From NCBI GenBank assembly GCA_964291655.2, contig OZ219802.1, positions 2,368,001-2,432,000 on the forward strand: DNA of 64,000 nt, written 5' to 3'. A model generated the notes under the pieces. It was not told where the DNA came from, did no database searches, and saw only the letters and a list, made by a program, of their open reading frames with translations. Position numbers and translations under genes: made by a program. Position 1 is the first letter of the stretch. The number at the start of each line of letters is the position of its first letter. Shown in pieces: positions 1 through 10,987 of the stretch. The DNA comes from Chloroflexota bacterium. GTDB taxonomy: Bacteria > Chloroflexota > UBA11872 > VXOZ01.

Positions 1-1
1 C

Positions 2-313
2 CTACAGCCGGAAAACGGTGGTCGCTATCCGCCGTCGGCAGGTCACGTCGTGTCGCCTCTCTTGGATGACAACGCGTCAACGTTGGCGCAAGATGGCTAC
101 AAAAATAGCTTGGGCGTCGACCCCAGAGCGTTCTTGCTCCACTCGCGTACCACGAAGCCGGCCGGCTGGGGCCTGTGGACGTTCACGGAGTTTGGTGACA
201 TCTCCGGCGACCTCAACGGCCAGTATCGCGAGTTCCTTGCCGGAAGTCTCACAGCCGCGGAGTACGCGCGCTGGGCGGCCGATCTAATCAACGAGACACT
301 CGGCGGCAAGTAG
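2..313 (+). CDS. C-terminal part of a protein truncated by the window edge, possibly an ABC extracellular solute-binding protein
   Basis: Frame open from position 2 to TAG at 311-313; the tail (FLAGSLTAAEYARWAADLINETL) resembles sugar-binding protein C-termini. Confidence 0.45.
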   Translation, partial: LQPENGGRYPPSAGHVVSPLLDDNASTLAQDGYKNSLGVDPRAFLLHSRTTKPAGWGLWTFTEFGDISGDLNGQYREFLAGSLTAAEYARWAADLINETLGGK

Positions 314-417
314 ACGGCAGCTTCACGCGCCCACTGGGCTTTCGGTGGGTGTGCCTTTGGCGCAATCGCCGCGCCCGGAAGGTGGCGACCGGCCTGGGAA
401 TAAGTTGGTCGCATTGT

Positions 418-445
418 GTAGGGGCACGATATATCGTGCCCCTAC
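418..445. repeat. GTAG-type REP palindrome
   Basis: GTAGGGGCACGATATATCGTGCCCCTAC, perfect inverted repeat with GTAG/CTAC ends. Confidence 0.8.
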
Positions 446-647
446 GTGCCTGCTGTGCACGGTGATTTGCAGTCATTCCCGCGCAAACTCGCGCCTGTGC
501 GGAGGCGCGGAATCCATCTTCATGTGCTGCAAAATTGTCTTGCTAGGCCGATAAGTAGGTAGCCACATCCGAAACTGCTTACCCTGTCAGTCGAATTTGC
601 CACTCATTCTGGGAACCAAGGCGCTAAAGATCTCCCGCAATCACCTG

Positions 648-674
648 AGATTCCTCGCTCTCCCTCGGAATGAC
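648..674. repeat. REP-like element (AGATTCCTCGC..GGAATGAC family)
   Basis: Matches copies at about 13886, 17141, 24002, 24079, 35968 and 36044. Confidence 0.75.
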
Positions 675-697
675 GGAACTGTAGAAGGAGCGCTACA

Positions 698-2149
698 TTG
701 GCAGTTCTCCGACCGAGTCAACTGAGGCTCGGCACCGGCGCCGAGCGCATCAACCCGCCGCTCGGCGTGCCGTTGCCCCTGGCCTACAGCGGCGGTGGAG
801 CGCCTGTGGTGGTTGAAGGTCGGTACGATGACTGCTGGGCGCGGGCGATGGTGCTGGAGCAGGGCGAAACTCGGCTGGCGATTATCTCGGTAGACCTCTG
901 CACCATGCGTGACGACCAATACCAGAAGGTCGTCGCTCGCATTGCGTTGCGCTGTCACATCCCTACGGAAAACATCGCCATCGCGTGTACGCACAATCAC
1001 TCGAACAACTCACTGCTGGAGCCCTTCGACGCGCCGCCCTCACCGTGGCAGGAGACGTTGAACGATCTGATCGTCTCCGCTGTGTACCAGGCGAGCCAAC
1101 GTTTGGAGCCGGTTGCGCGCATTCGCTTCGCCACGGCGCGGTACGGCAACGTCGCCTATAACCGCCGGGTTGTGCTACCCGAAGTCGTGTGTATGCTCAT
1201 TGGCGCAGAACCGAATTGGGAGAGCATTGAAGAGCGGTTGACGGGCGCATTGGGAGCGACGCGGGAGCAATTGGGTATACCGAGCGATCCTGTTGTCCCC
1301 GCTGGGATTGTGGACGACCGCTTGCGCCTGTTGGCATTTGAAGGCGCCGGAGAAGCAACCATCGCCAGTATCGTAAGCGCCGCGTGCCATCCGGTCACGC
1401 ATAGTTTTGCCGATCAGCATACCTGTGCAGACTATCCCGGCATTCTTGTCAGGCAAGCAGAGCGCGAATTGGGCGGTAGGGCGCTCTTTCTGCAAGGCTG
1501 TAGCGGCGACGTGCGCACGCGCTATCGCGAACCTACCTACAGGGAGGTAGAGCGGGTGGGCGAGCAGTATGGCAGTGCCTTGCGCGAGGCGGCGAGCAAT
1601 TTTGAGGAAATTGCCGGGCCGCACACGATCGGCGCCATAAAGCAACAGATAGAATTGCCCCTGAAGCCATATCAAGCGCGGCAGAAGCAGCAGACCCGGC
1701 TGGCTGAGCTTGAGGAATCCCTGCGCAAGATGGCGCACGTGCCTGCCGATTGTGCCAATGACATTCGGGAACGCTGGGCCGTCTATCAGGAATGCGCCTT
1801 CCTGCGCTATCAACTGAAGTGGGGCGACCTTGAAACCCGCCGGGCGGATTTAGAGCGCGAATGCGTGTCGGTAACTCTGCAGGCGCTGCAAATCGGCGGA
1901 GTGTTAGTGCTCACTTCCCCCGCGGAGGTCTTTGCCGAGACGGGCATAGGACTAACAGATTGGGCTGCAGAACAGGGGTGGCGAGGCAGTATCGTGTCAT
2001 CTTGCACCAACGGCTACGTCAATTACATTCCACCCCGGGCAGAGGCGGACCGCGGCGGCTTTGAGCCAAGCTGCACCATGCTTGCACCCGGCGCGTGCGA
2101 GCAGATGGTCGCTTCTCTCAAGGCTTTGGGCCGGCAGGTGTCGGCCTAG
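698..2149 (+). CDS. Neutral/alkaline ceramidase-like N-terminal domain hydrolase
   Basis: ARAMVLE, ISVDL, IACTHNHS, ACHPVT, ADYPG, FLQGCSGD and NGYVNYIP motifs; AAGGAG RBS before TTG. Confidence 0.75.
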   Translation: MAVLRPSQLRLGTGAERINPPLGVPLPLAYSGGGAPVVVEGRYDDCWARAMVLEQGETRLAIISVDLCTMRDDQYQKVVARIALRCHIPTENIAIACTHNHSNNSLLEPFDAPPSPWQETLNDLIVSAVYQASQRLEPVARIRFATARYGNVAYNRRVVLPEVVCMLIGAEPNWESIEERLTGALGATREQLGIPSDPVVPAGIVDDRLRLLAFEGAGEATIASIVSAACHPVTHSFADQHTCADYPGILVRQAERELGGRALFLQGCSGDVRTRYREPTYREVERVGEQYGSALREAASNFEEIAGPHTIGAIKQQIELPLKPYQARQKQQTRLAELEESLRKMAHVPADCANDIRERWAVYQECAFLRYQLKWGDLETRRADLERECVSVTLQALQIGGVLVLTSPAEVFAETGIGLTDWAAEQGWRGSIVSSCTNGYVNYIPPRAEADRGGFEPSCTMLAPGACEQMVASLKALGRQVSA

Positions 2150-2248
2150 GTAGATTGCGACTGAAATCACCGGACCCATGTGGTAAGAAGGCAAAGCTGC
2201 TTTCAGGAATGTCATCTGCACAAGAGTCGCGGCGAGCACCCTACCTGC

Positions 2249-2278
2249 GAAAGCAAAAGAGCGCCCAAACGGGCGCTC
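2249..2278 (-). terminator. Probable intrinsic terminator of ftsH
   Basis: GAGCGCCC-AAAC-GGGCGCTC stem followed on the minus strand by TTTTGCTTT. Confidence 0.55.
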
Positions 2279-2334
2279 CCTCATTTCTGCCGAGCCTACC
2301 TGGACCTGCCAGCGGCGGGTCCGGCTATGCGTGG

Positions 2335-4293
2335 CTATGTGGCCATGCCGGGATACGGTCGGGTGCGGGGTTTTTGTGCGCTGTCATCGCTGTCCTGTGG
2401 GGGCGATGACGGCTGCTGGTCTTCATTGTCCACCAGCGTACTTGCCGCCTGGGTATCCACGTCGTCGGAGGGTTCAGGCTCTTCTTCGAAGAACGAACTG
2501 AAGGCCTTCCCGTCGAATGTCTCAACTTCCATGAGCGTGTCGGCAATCTCCACGAGCTTGTCCTTGTGCTCGGTGAGAACGCTCGATGCCCGATCATGGG
2601 CCTCCTGAATCAGTCCTTCGACTTCACCGTCAATATCTTGCGCTACCGCTTCGCTGTAGTTGCGCTGTTCTTGGATGTCTCGGCCCAAGAAGATGAGCTC
2701 TTCTTTGCGGCCAAATGCGCGGGGGCCGAGTTTCTCGCTCATGCCGTACTCCATGACCATGCGCCGCGCCAAGGTAGTGGCCATTTCAATATCGTTGGAA
2801 GCGCCAGTCGTCATTTCACCAAAGATCAGCACTTCCGCCGCGTAGCCGCCGAGGGCAAAGGCCATCTGTTGTCTAAATTGCGATCGCGTCCATAGGTGGC
2901 GGTCCTCCGGCGGAAGGACTCGAGTGTACCCACCGGCGCGACCCCGCGCTACGATGGAAATCTTGTGTACCGGGTCGACGTCCGGCAGCAATTGCGCCAC
3001 CAAAGCATGGCCCACCTCGTGGTACGCCGTGACTTTCTTTTCGCGCGGGCTTATGATGCGGCTGCGCCGTTCCGGGCCGGCGAGGACGCGTTCAACCGCT
3101 TCTTCAACCTCTTCCTGACTAATGGCTTTCTTGTTGCGCCGCGCGGCCAGCAACGCCGCTTCATTGAGCAGGTTCTTCAGATCGGCGCCGGAGAAGCCCG
3201 GCGTCTGTCGGGCGATGGTCTCCAAGTCCAGGTCATCCGCCAGCGGCTTATCCTTGCTGTATAGTTGCAGAATGTGCTCACGGCCTTGCACGTCGGGGCT
3301 GTCGAGGACCACCTGCCGGTCGAAGCGGCCTGGGCGCAGGAGCGCCGGATCGAGCACGTCCGGGCGGTTCGTCGCTGCCAGCACAATCACGCTGGTGTTC
3401 ATTTCGAAGCCGTCCATCTCGACGAGGATCTGGTTTAGCGTCTGCTCGCGCTCGTCATGGCTGCCGCCCAGTCCCGCGCCGCGCTGCCGTCCCACCGCAT
3501 CGATTTCGTCAATGAACACGATGCATGGCGCATTGCGCTTCGCCTGGTCGAAGAGATCGCGGACGCGCGAGGCGCCGACACCCACGAACATCTCGACAAA
3601 CTCAGAACCGCTGATACTAAAGAAAGGCACGCCTGCCTCACCGGCCACGGCGCGCGAGATGTGCGTCTTGCCGGTGCCGGGAGGGCCGACCAACAGGACT
3701 CCCTTGGGAATCTGCGCGCCCAACGCTTGGAAGCGCTCCGGGTACTTGAGAAATGCCACGACCTCTTGGAGCTCTTCTTTAGCTTCCTCCACGCCCGCCA
3801 CTTCCGCGAACGTAATCGTCGGATTGTTGCTCTTGAAGACTCTGGCTTTGCTCTTACCGAAAGAGAGCGCTTGGTTGTTCGTGCCCTGCGCCTGGCGCAT
3901 CATAAGCAGCAAAATGCCGCCAAAGATGAGAATCGGGAGAAATGTGCCCAAAATGGGGAGCAGGTTGCTGAATTGGCTGGGCTCCTGTACCGTCAGCTTT
4001 ATCTTGTCATCAGGAATCCCGCGGCTGTGCAGCGCCTCGAGCATATCCGTATCATCCATCATGCGGGCAGTAAGGCGCTGGTCTTCTATTTCAGCAGTCA
4101 GTCTATTGCCTGAGACGATGACGGTCGGGACTTGCTCATTCCACGCCGCTTCCTGCACCGCGGCCATGAATTCACTTAAAGAGACCGTCGTGTTCTCGCG
4201 GGTCTGGGGGGCAAACAGCGTAAAGATAATGGCCAAGATGGCGACGGTAATGACCAGGTAGACAAACCCGTTCTTCAACCACTTGCTATCCAC
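2335..4293 (-). CDS. ftsH: ATP-dependent zinc metalloprotease FtsH
   Basis: Two TM helices, Walker [26 protein letters not shown] zinc motif. Confidence 0.98.
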   Translation of the reverse strand: MDSKWLKNGFVYLVITVAILAIIFTLFAPQTRENTTVSLSEFMAAVQEAAWNEQVPTVIVSGNRLTAEIEDQRLTARMMDDTDMLEALHSRGIPDDKIKLTVQEPSQFSNLLPILGTFLPILIFGGILLLMMRQAQGTNNQALSFGKSKARVFKSNNPTITFAEVAGVEEAKEELQEVVAFLKYPERFQALGAQIPKGVLLVGPPGTGKTHISRAVAGEAGVPFFSISGSEFVEMFVGVGASRVRDLFDQAKRNAPCIVFIDEIDAVGRQRGAGLGGSHDEREQTLNQILVEMDGFEMNTSVIVLAATNRPDVLDPALLRPGRFDRQVVLDSPDVQGREHILQLYSKDKPLADDLDLETIARQTPGFSGADLKNLLNEAALLAARRNKKAISQEEVEEAVERVLAGPERRSRIISPREKKVTAYHEVGHALVAQLLPDVDPVHKISIVARGRAGGYTRVLPPEDRHLWTRSQFRQQMAFALGGYAAEVLIFGEMTTGASNDIEMATTLARRMVMEYGMSEKLGPRAFGRKEELIFLGRDIQEQRNYSEAVAQDIDGEVEGLIQEAHDRASSVLTEHKDKLVEIADTLMEVETFDGKAFSSFFEEEPEPSDDVDTQAASTLVDNEDQQPSSPPQDSDDSAQKPRTRPYPGMAT

Positions 4294-4677
4294 TATGTTC
4301 TTCCTAAGTTAGACGCCCTTTGCAAGGCGAATTGCGCTACGGTTCGCTACGTAGTCAGCACGCTCATTATACCATACAGTGCTTTATACCAAACGTATGC
4401 AATTTCGGAGCGACCCAGTCAATCTGTCAGTCGATGGTTTGTGGTCGAGTTGTTGCTCTCGCCATTGCCATTGCAAGACCGGTGCAGCGGATCAGTTCTG
4501 CGCTACCAGCGTTCGCACCCCAGGCCCCAATTGCTTCACGTTTGCCGGTGAAAGTAAGGGTTTGTCATGGCTGTCTGCAAGGAGCAGCAGTGATACAACG
4601 CGAGGGTAAACGTCGCTGGAACTCCCGGGAACCGGTAGAGAACTACGTTACATTGTAGTCGTGACAAGTAAGCGATT

Positions 4678-6588
4678 CTATGTAGAGGGGACCGCGCTTG
4701 GCTCTTCGGCGGCTTCCTCGCCCTCCATGCCTGCGGTCACGCCGGTAGTGTAGAGTTCCGCGTAGAACCCCTGTGCTGCCAGCAACTCGTCGTGCGCGCC
4801 CCGCTCGACGATTCTCCCGTCTCGCAGCACGAGAATGGCATCCGCATTCTTAATGGTAGAGAGCCGGTGGGCGATCACGAACGCCGTGCGCCCTTGCAGA
4901 AGCGTGGCAAGCGCGCGCTGGATGAGGATTTCCGTGTGGGCGTCCACGCTGCTCGTGGCTTCATCCAAGATGAGAATGTGCGGATCGATGAGCAGGGCGC
5001 GGGCGAAGCAGATCAACTGCCGTTGTCCCACGGAGAGCCGTCCGCCGCGTTCCATCACCGCCGTGTTGTAGCCGTCCGGCAGGCGACTGATGAACGCGTG
5101 AATGCCCACGGCTTGTGTCGCTGCCTCGACTTCCTCCATGCTGGCGTCGGGTTGGCCGTAACGTATGTTTTCCAGAATTGTGCCGGAAAAGAGAAAACTA
5201 TCCTGCAGCACCATGCCCACCTGACTGCGCAGCGTACGGATTTGCACGTCGCGGAGGTCGTGGCCGTCAATTGTGATGCTCCCTTCCTGCACATCGTAGA
5301 ACCGCATGAGGAGGTTGACGATGGAGGTCTTGCCCGCGCCGGTGGGGCCGACGAGCGCAATCGTCTCACCGGGTTTGGCCTCAAGATCGATCTCGGAAAG
5401 CACCGGTAGCTCGGGATCGTAGCCGAACGTCACGTCTGCGAAGCGGACGTGGCCGTTCACTGCCGGCAGCGCCAACGCATCCGGCTTGTCGGTAATTTCA
5501 GGATCGGTATCGAGCAGCGCAAAGATGCGCTCGCCGCCTGCCATCGCTTGCTGGAGGTTGGTGTACCAGGCCGATATCTCACGGATGGGATTGAAGAATT
5601 GCTGAACGAATGAGAGAAACGCCACCAGCGCCCCCACAGAGAGATTCCCATTCAGAACGCGGTAGCCCCCAAAGACGATGACGATACCGATAGCGAGTGC
5701 AGTCACCAATTCTACGGCTGGCGGGAACGCCGCCATCACTCTCGCGGCGCGGACCGAGGCGTCGAGATTTTCTCGATTTGTGCCTTGGAATTCGCGGTAG
5801 TTTACATCCTCGCGGGTAAAGGACTGCGCAACACGCACACCGCTGATGTTCTCCTGCAAGTTGGCATAGACCTTGCCCACGCGATGGCGCACCTCGCGAA
5901 AACGCGACCGTGCCTGTCCGCTAAAAATGCGCGTAATCAAGAACATCAACGGCATTACCACGAACGTCGCAAGGGAAAGCACGGGGTCCAAAATCATCAT
6001 TACGACGAGAATAAGGACGAGACCCAGCAGATCGGCCACGAGCGTCATTGTGCCCTGGGAGAACGCATTGTTGAGCGCATTCACGTCGCTGGTAACGCGC
6101 GCAATGATTACGCCAATCTCGTTACTGTCGAGATAACGGAAGGACAGCTTCTGCAGATGGGAGACAACGCGCACGCGGAGGGAGTGGAGCATGCGCTGCG
6201 AAATTGCGGCGATCAAGGCGCCATGGGTATAAGAAGAAACACCCATGACGACAAGGCTAAGCAAATAGAAGATGGCTGCAAAGGCCAAAAGGCGCGGGTT
6301 ATTCTTATCTATGCCGTCGTCGATTGCGATCTTGATCAATAACGGCCCCGACGTCATGGCTGCTGACGTCACCAGTACGAGAAACACTGCCACCAGGAGT
6401 TTTCCCCGGTGGGGTGTGAGGTAGGGCAGCATCCGCCGCACGACATTCTGGTCAAAAACCTTGCCGTCCGGGTCAACGTCTACCGTATCGTCGCTGCCCC
6501 GCCAGCCCCCACGCGAACCCATGCTGCCGCGGGAACTCATGCCACCGCCGCGCCAACTGCCTCCCATGTCGAAGCCGCCGCTAATCAT
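4678..6588 (-). CDS. ABC exporter TMD-NBD half transporter (partner of 6585-8480)
   Basis: GPTGAGKT, degenerate signature LSVGQ, ILDEATS, IAHR. Confidence 0.95.
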   Translation of the reverse strand: MISGGFDMGGSWRGGGMSSRGSMGSRGGWRGSDDTVDVDPDGKVFDQNVVRRMLPYLTPHRGKLLVAVFLVLVTSAAMTSGPLLIKIAIDDGIDKNNPRLLAFAAIFYLLSLVVMGVSSYTHGALIAAISQRMLHSLRVRVVSHLQKLSFRYLDSNEIGVIIARVTSDVNALNNAFSQGTMTLVADLLGLVLILVVMMILDPVLSLATFVVMPLMFLITRIFSGQARSRFREVRHRVGKVYANLQENISGVRVAQSFTREDVNYREFQGTNRENLDASVRAARVMAAFPPAVELVTALAIGIVIVFGGYRVLNGNLSVGALVAFLSFVQQFFNPIREISAWYTNLQQAMAGGERIFALLDTDPEITDKPDALALPAVNGHVRFADVTFGYDPELPVLSEIDLEAKPGETIALVGPTGAGKTSIVNLLMRFYDVQEGSITIDGHDLRDVQIRTLRSQVGMVLQDSFLFSGTILENIRYGQPDASMEEVEAATQAVGIHAFISRLPDGYNTAVMERGGRLSVGQRQLICFARALLIDPHILILDEATSSVDAHTEILIQRALATLLQGRTAFVIAHRLSTIKNADAILVLRDGRIVERGAHDELLAAQGFYAELYTTGVTAGMEGEEAAEEPSAVPST

Positions 6589-8480
6589 CCGGTCTCACCT
6601 CTCGGTGAATCTGCAAGGTCAGCCGCGACCAGAGTATTGCCGAGGCCGGCGCCGTCTGCTTGCGCCGCCTGCTGCCGCTCCATGTGCTCTTCTTGCTCCT
6701 GCAACTGATAGACGTACATGTCGCGGTAGAGTCCTTCCTGCGTCACCAGGTCTCCATGTGTGCCCCGCTGCACAATTCTCCCCTCGTCCAGAACGACGAT
6801 CTCGTTTGCTTCGCGCACGCTGGAGACACGTTGCGCAATGATGAACGTCGTGCGTCCGCGCATGAGCGCCTTCAGCGCCATTTGCAGCGCCGCTTCAGTG
6901 CGCGTATCTACCGCCGACGTGGACTCATCCAGGATAAGGACGCGGGGATTCAGCAGCAGTGCGCGGGCAATCGCGACGCGTTGCTTCTGTCCGCCGGAGA
7001 GCGTTACGCCGCGTTCGCCGACGTGCGTTTCATAGCCATCCGGAAACTCCTCGATGAAATCGTGGGCCTGCGCAGCTTTGGCAGCCGCAATGATGCCCTG
7101 TTCAGTCGCGTCCGGTCGTCCATACGCAATGTTCTCTCGAATGGAAGCGGCAAAGAGGAAGGTCTCCTGGGCCACGAGCCCTACGTGCTGCCGCAGCGCC
7201 CGAAAGGTAAGATCGCGGATGTCGTAGCCGTCCAAGGTGATGCGTCCGGCAGTAACATCATAGAAGCGGGGCAGCAAGTTAATGATGGTGCTCTTGCCGG
7301 ACCCGGTGCTGCCGACGATACCGATCACCTGTCCCGCTTTTGCCGAAATCGTGATGTCCTTGAGCACAGGCAGTCCGCTCGCATCGTAAGACACTGAATC
7401 GAACTTGACGTTGCCGGCCACTGTGGCCATGTCGATTGCGTCGGGCTTTTCCTCGATCTCCGACTGGGTGTCGAGGATTTCAAAGATGCGCTCGCCTGCC
7501 GCGATCGCTCGCGCGTACGTATTGATTGTCATGCCCAACATGCGGATTGGGCGCTGTAGCAGCATGAGGTAGCCGGTAAAGGCAACCAGCGTGCCAAGGC
7601 TCATGCCATCGGCAATCACTAACAGACCGCCGTACCAGACCACCGCCGTGGTACCTATACCGGCGATGAACTGGAGCAGTGGGTTGCGCATGGCAAAGAG
7701 CTCCATTGTTCGTGACGTAGCATTCGCCAGGCGGTCGGAATTGTGCAAGAACTTGGCCGTCTCCTGGTCCTCTTGCGCAAACGCCCGCACCACGCGCATG
7801 CCGGAGAGGTCCTCTTGCAGGACGGTGCTGAGTTGGGCCGTCTCCTGCTGCACCAGGCTGAACATCGGCCGGAGTTGACGCGCAAAGAGCACGGCAATAA
7901 CGAAGAGCACCGGCATCGTCGCCAAGGAAAGGAGCGCCAACTGCCAATGCGTAAGCAGAAGAATGCCAAGCACGGCAATGAACGTCAATACCATCAGAGC
8001 CCCATTGATGAGGCCCTGCGAGACGAAGAAGCGGATTTGCTCCACGTCACTCGTCGCCCGCGACATGAGCTGCCCGGTCTGGGAGCGATCGTGGTATGCA
8101 AAAGAGAGGCGCTGGTACTGATTGAAGATGCGGTTGCGCAGATCGAAACAGGTGCGCTGTGAGAGATACTCGCCCAGGAACACCTGTGAAAAGGTAAAGA
8201 TACCCTTGATCAATGTGGCGACAAGAATCAGTCCGGCGAAGGCAAACAAAATCTGGACTGGTTCGAGCCCCAGCAATGACCCGGTGGCTTCAACCGCCAG
8301 TTCGCCGGCATTGTCTGCCGCCTGTATCTCCGGAGGCGGCAGCGCTTCGTCGACGACACTGCCAATCAGTCGCGGGATTATCAGACTAAGGAGCGCGCTG
8401 CCAGCGAGCGCACCGTAAGCGAGGAAGGCAAGCTTCCGGTATCGCCATGTGTAGAAGAAGAGTCGGCGCAGCGTATCCAT
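6585..8480 (-). CDS. ABC exporter TMD-NBD half transporter
   Basis: GSTGSGKS, LSGGQ, ILDESTS, degenerate switch IAQR; 4-bp overlap with partner; TM287/288-like heterodimer pattern. Confidence 0.95.
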   Translation of the reverse strand: MDTLRRLFFYTWRYRKLAFLAYGALAGSALLSLIIPRLIGSVVDEALPPPEIQAADNAGELAVEATGSLLGLEPVQILFAFAGLILVATLIKGIFTFSQVFLGEYLSQRTCFDLRNRIFNQYQRLSFAYHDRSQTGQLMSRATSDVEQIRFFVSQGLINGALMVLTFIAVLGILLLTHWQLALLSLATMPVLFVIAVLFARQLRPMFSLVQQETAQLSTVLQEDLSGMRVVRAFAQEDQETAKFLHNSDRLANATSRTMELFAMRNPLLQFIAGIGTTAVVWYGGLLVIADGMSLGTLVAFTGYLMLLQRPIRMLGMTINTYARAIAAGERIFEILDTQSEIEEKPDAIDMATVAGNVKFDSVSYDASGLPVLKDITISAKAGQVIGIVGSTGSGKSTIINLLPRFYDVTAGRITLDGYDIRDLTFRALRQHVGLVAQETFLFAASIRENIAYGRPDATEQGIIAAAKAAQAHDFIEEFPDGYETHVGERGVTLSGGQKQRVAIARALLLNPRVLILDESTSAVDTRTEAALQMALKALMRGRTTFIIAQRVSSVREANEIVVLDEGRIVQRGTHGDLVTQEGLYRDMYVYQLQEQEEHMERQQAAQADGAGLGNTLVAADLADSPRGETG

Positions 8481-8589
8481 ATTCGGCTGCTTTGCACCTC
8501 CTCATCTCTACCTGCCGCTTTCGCACGGAACTGTTCTCCTAGCTTTAGGGAGTCCTAAGCCGGACACTTACCCGCACGTTTACGTTAAT

Positions 8590-8607
8590 GTGCATGCTAG
8601 CATGCAC
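8590..8607. promoter_or_regulatory. Putative operator palindrome upstream of the ABC exporter pair
   Basis: Perfect 18-bp palindrome GTGCATGCTAGCATGCAC about 110 bp upstream of the start. Confidence 0.5.
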
Positions 8608-8752
8608 CGCCGAGTCGGTCAAACGAAATTCGACGGGAGAAACCGTCGCGATTCCCGGCGTCAGTTAGAGAGTGAAGATACAGCACTGGAACCCGTCAAA
8701 GCGCAACCACGCCCACGCCATCTACTTTTAAGGTCCACCGGAGGACCGGCGG

Positions 8753-9568
8753 TCAGTGTTGGCACTGCGGGCAGAGGTGGGTGCCGCGCTGCGCGACGAC
8801 GATGCGCTCGATGGGCGTGCCGCAGGTAAGGCAGGGGTCTTCTGTGCGGCGGTAGACTGCCAGGTGCTCCCGGTGGCGGCCGGGTCTTCCTTCAGCATCG
8901 CTGTAGACGGCGTCGAACGTCGTACCCCCGTTGGCAATCGCTGCGCGCAGTATCTGTCGCGTTGTATCGAGCAGCGCGGCGGTTTCCTTTTCATCGAGTG
9001 CATTGGCCGGACGACGCGGGTGCAGATTACAGGCATGGAGCACTTCATCCACATAGATATTGCCGAGACCGGCAATGAAGTGCTGATTGAGCAGCAGCGC
9101 CTTCAACGAAGTGGTGTGTCGCGCGAGACGCTCCCGCAATATGCCAGCCGTAAGCGCCGGGTCGAACGGCTCGGGGCCAAGCGGCGCAAAGAGCTCTGCC
9201 AGGCGGGCATCATCCACCAGCCAGATCCGGCCGAACCGGCGTACGTCATAGAAGCAGAGCACACGGCCTGATTCGAGATTCCACTGGGCGCGCAGATAGC
9301 GCATGTCCTCCACCGGTCGCACGAGCCTGAGCCGCCCGCTCATGCGCAGATGCACAACCAAATAGAGGTTTTCGAGGTCGAATATCAGGTACTTCGCGCG
9401 TCGTCTGACTGCGGAGATGCGCCGTCCAGGCAGCAATGCGGCAATCTCGGCCGGGTCCGGTTCAGCCACCGCGTGGGGGTCGAGCAACGGCACCGCGGCT
9501 ATGCCGTCGCCATCAAGATGCGGCACTAAGCTGCGGCGAATGGTCTCGACTTCGGGAAGCTCAGGCAT
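8753..9568 (-). CDS. mutM: Formamidopyrimidine-DNA glycosylase
   Basis: MPELPEVE N-terminus, HLRMSG, GLGNIY, C-terminal zinc finger CLTC..CPQCQ. Confidence 0.98.
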   Translation of the reverse strand: MPELPEVETIRRSLVPHLDGDGIAAVPLLDPHAVAEPDPAEIAALLPGRRISAVRRRAKYLIFDLENLYLVVHLRMSGRLRLVRPVEDMRYLRAQWNLESGRVLCFYDVRRFGRIWLVDDARLAELFAPLGPEPFDPALTAGILRERLARHTTSLKALLLNQHFIAGLGNIYVDEVLHACNLHPRRPANALDEKETAALLDTTRQILRAAIANGGTTFDAVYSDAEGRPGRHREHLAVYRRTEDPCLTCGTPIERIVVAQRGTHLCPQCQH

Positions 9569-9726
9569 GTTTAGGCTATTGCCTCTTCTAAGCGACTTGA
9601 CAGAGATGGTGTGAACTCTCGTACCAAGGAGCGGTGGACAAGCCCCCTGAACCCCGGTTCACCGCTACAGACGTGGGAGCGTGGATCGCGCGCACCGGCA
9701 AGTAAACGTCAGCGATTTCCAACTGC

Positions 9727-10368
9727 TTAGCGCAGGTCTTCGCCGGTAAGCAGGAGCTCGCCAGGTTGGATCTTGACGTCCGTCACCCGTATCCCGTGCT
9801 CCGTCCTGAAATAGGAGTCGAGCTTCTCATTGACCTCAGCGGTGGCCTCCGCAATGTACCATGCCGGCACCGAAATGAAGCCAATCTTCCCCTTCACCAT
9901 CTCAGCTTCTATCCTGCCGTTGCGCACGACGAGGCGTCCGCTCACCTGAATTGTCGCGCGGAAAGGTCGCTCCAGCCTGCCCCGGATATTGAAGGCGTCT
10001 GGCTCGAACGTCAGGACGACGTTCGATACCTCCCCTTCATCGTCGCTTGCCGCGATGGCTGCTACGACCTTAGGAGTCAATTCCTGTGCGGTAAGTGTGA
10101 GCATATACTGCCCCGGCGCTGGGGAGGGACATAGGTATTCGGGCATTGCCAGTGGATCCCCTTGCGGCGGCAGGCAAGACACCCATGTCGTCGCTTGCGC
10201 CGCGGGGACGGGCACTAGGGGTGTTTCTTTCGTCTGCGGCGCTGCTATCTCGCCGCCGCACTGTGCAAGGAACAGCATACACGCGAGAATAGCTAACCCT
10301 TTGCAGGCCCATGCGTACCTCTGCCAGACAGTTGGAATCGGTCCGGAGGGGTACCGGTCTCCACTCAC
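9727..10368 (-). CDS. Putative lipoprotein, LmeA/DUF2993-like; paralogue of 10988-11707
   Basis: Lipobox-like LAQC; C-terminal similarity to the neighbour (VSNVVLTFEPDAF vs VSNLVVTFEQDAF); the ORF-track extension to 10554 lies in MITE/REP sequence. Confidence 0.65.
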   Translation of the reverse strand: MSGDRYPSGPIPTVWQRYAWACKGLAILACMLFLAQCGGEIAAPQTKETPLVPVPAAQATTWVSCLPPQGDPLAMPEYLCPSPAPGQYMLTLTAQELTPKVVAAIAASDDEGEVSNVVLTFEPDAFNIRGRLERPFRATIQVSGRLVVRNGRIEAEMVKGKIGFISVPAWYIAEATAEVNEKLDSYFRTEHGIRVTDVKIQPGELLLTGEDLR

Positions 10369-10382
10369 CCCGGCCCTCTCCC

Positions 10383-10670
10383 TGTATAGACCGGGTACAT
10401 GGGTTACACATGTTCGGGCACATAGGTTACACCATAGAACGAGGGGATTTTCGTAGTATGCGATGTCCTTGCCTTGAAAGTTAGATCCGCTCAATATCCT
10501 TATGCACACAGTTTGTTTCTCTGGCACAAGCTGACAGGCTGAAAGTGAGTGCACTGTGTCGCCAGTCTCTTATCAAACCCGGACCAACCCAATGCTCTCG
10601 TAGGTGTCAATCAGTAAAATGTGTAACCCATGTCCCCGAACAACTGTTACCTATGTCCCCGGTCTGTACA
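10383..10670. mobile_element. 288-bp IS481-derived MITE, copy 1
   Basis: TGT..ACA ends; one end identical over about 50 bp to the 39890 end of the IS481; CTCCC duplicated at 10378-10382 and 10671-10675. Confidence 0.92.
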
Positions 10671-10987
10671 CTCCCCAAGGAGAGGGAGGTCTTCTCGCCT
10701 GCCGGCCCGGGTTGTGCAGAGTCCTCCTGTGGCTTGTAACCACATCCGCCCCATAGCGCAGTACCTTGGTACCCGATAAAACGTCCTCACTTACTCATAG
10801 TACAGAATTCACTGTCGTCAGTGTCGGATGTGGGACACTGGAGCATGGCGTAAAGCAACGGCGCAGAGCCAATTCATAAGCAACGATGCACGAAACGTCG
10901 ATCCCTTCGCACCACGCTCCAGGCAATTGGGTAAGTGACTACTCCCTACACAGGGCGCCAGAATCCTCGCCGGCAATCAGGGTCCGG

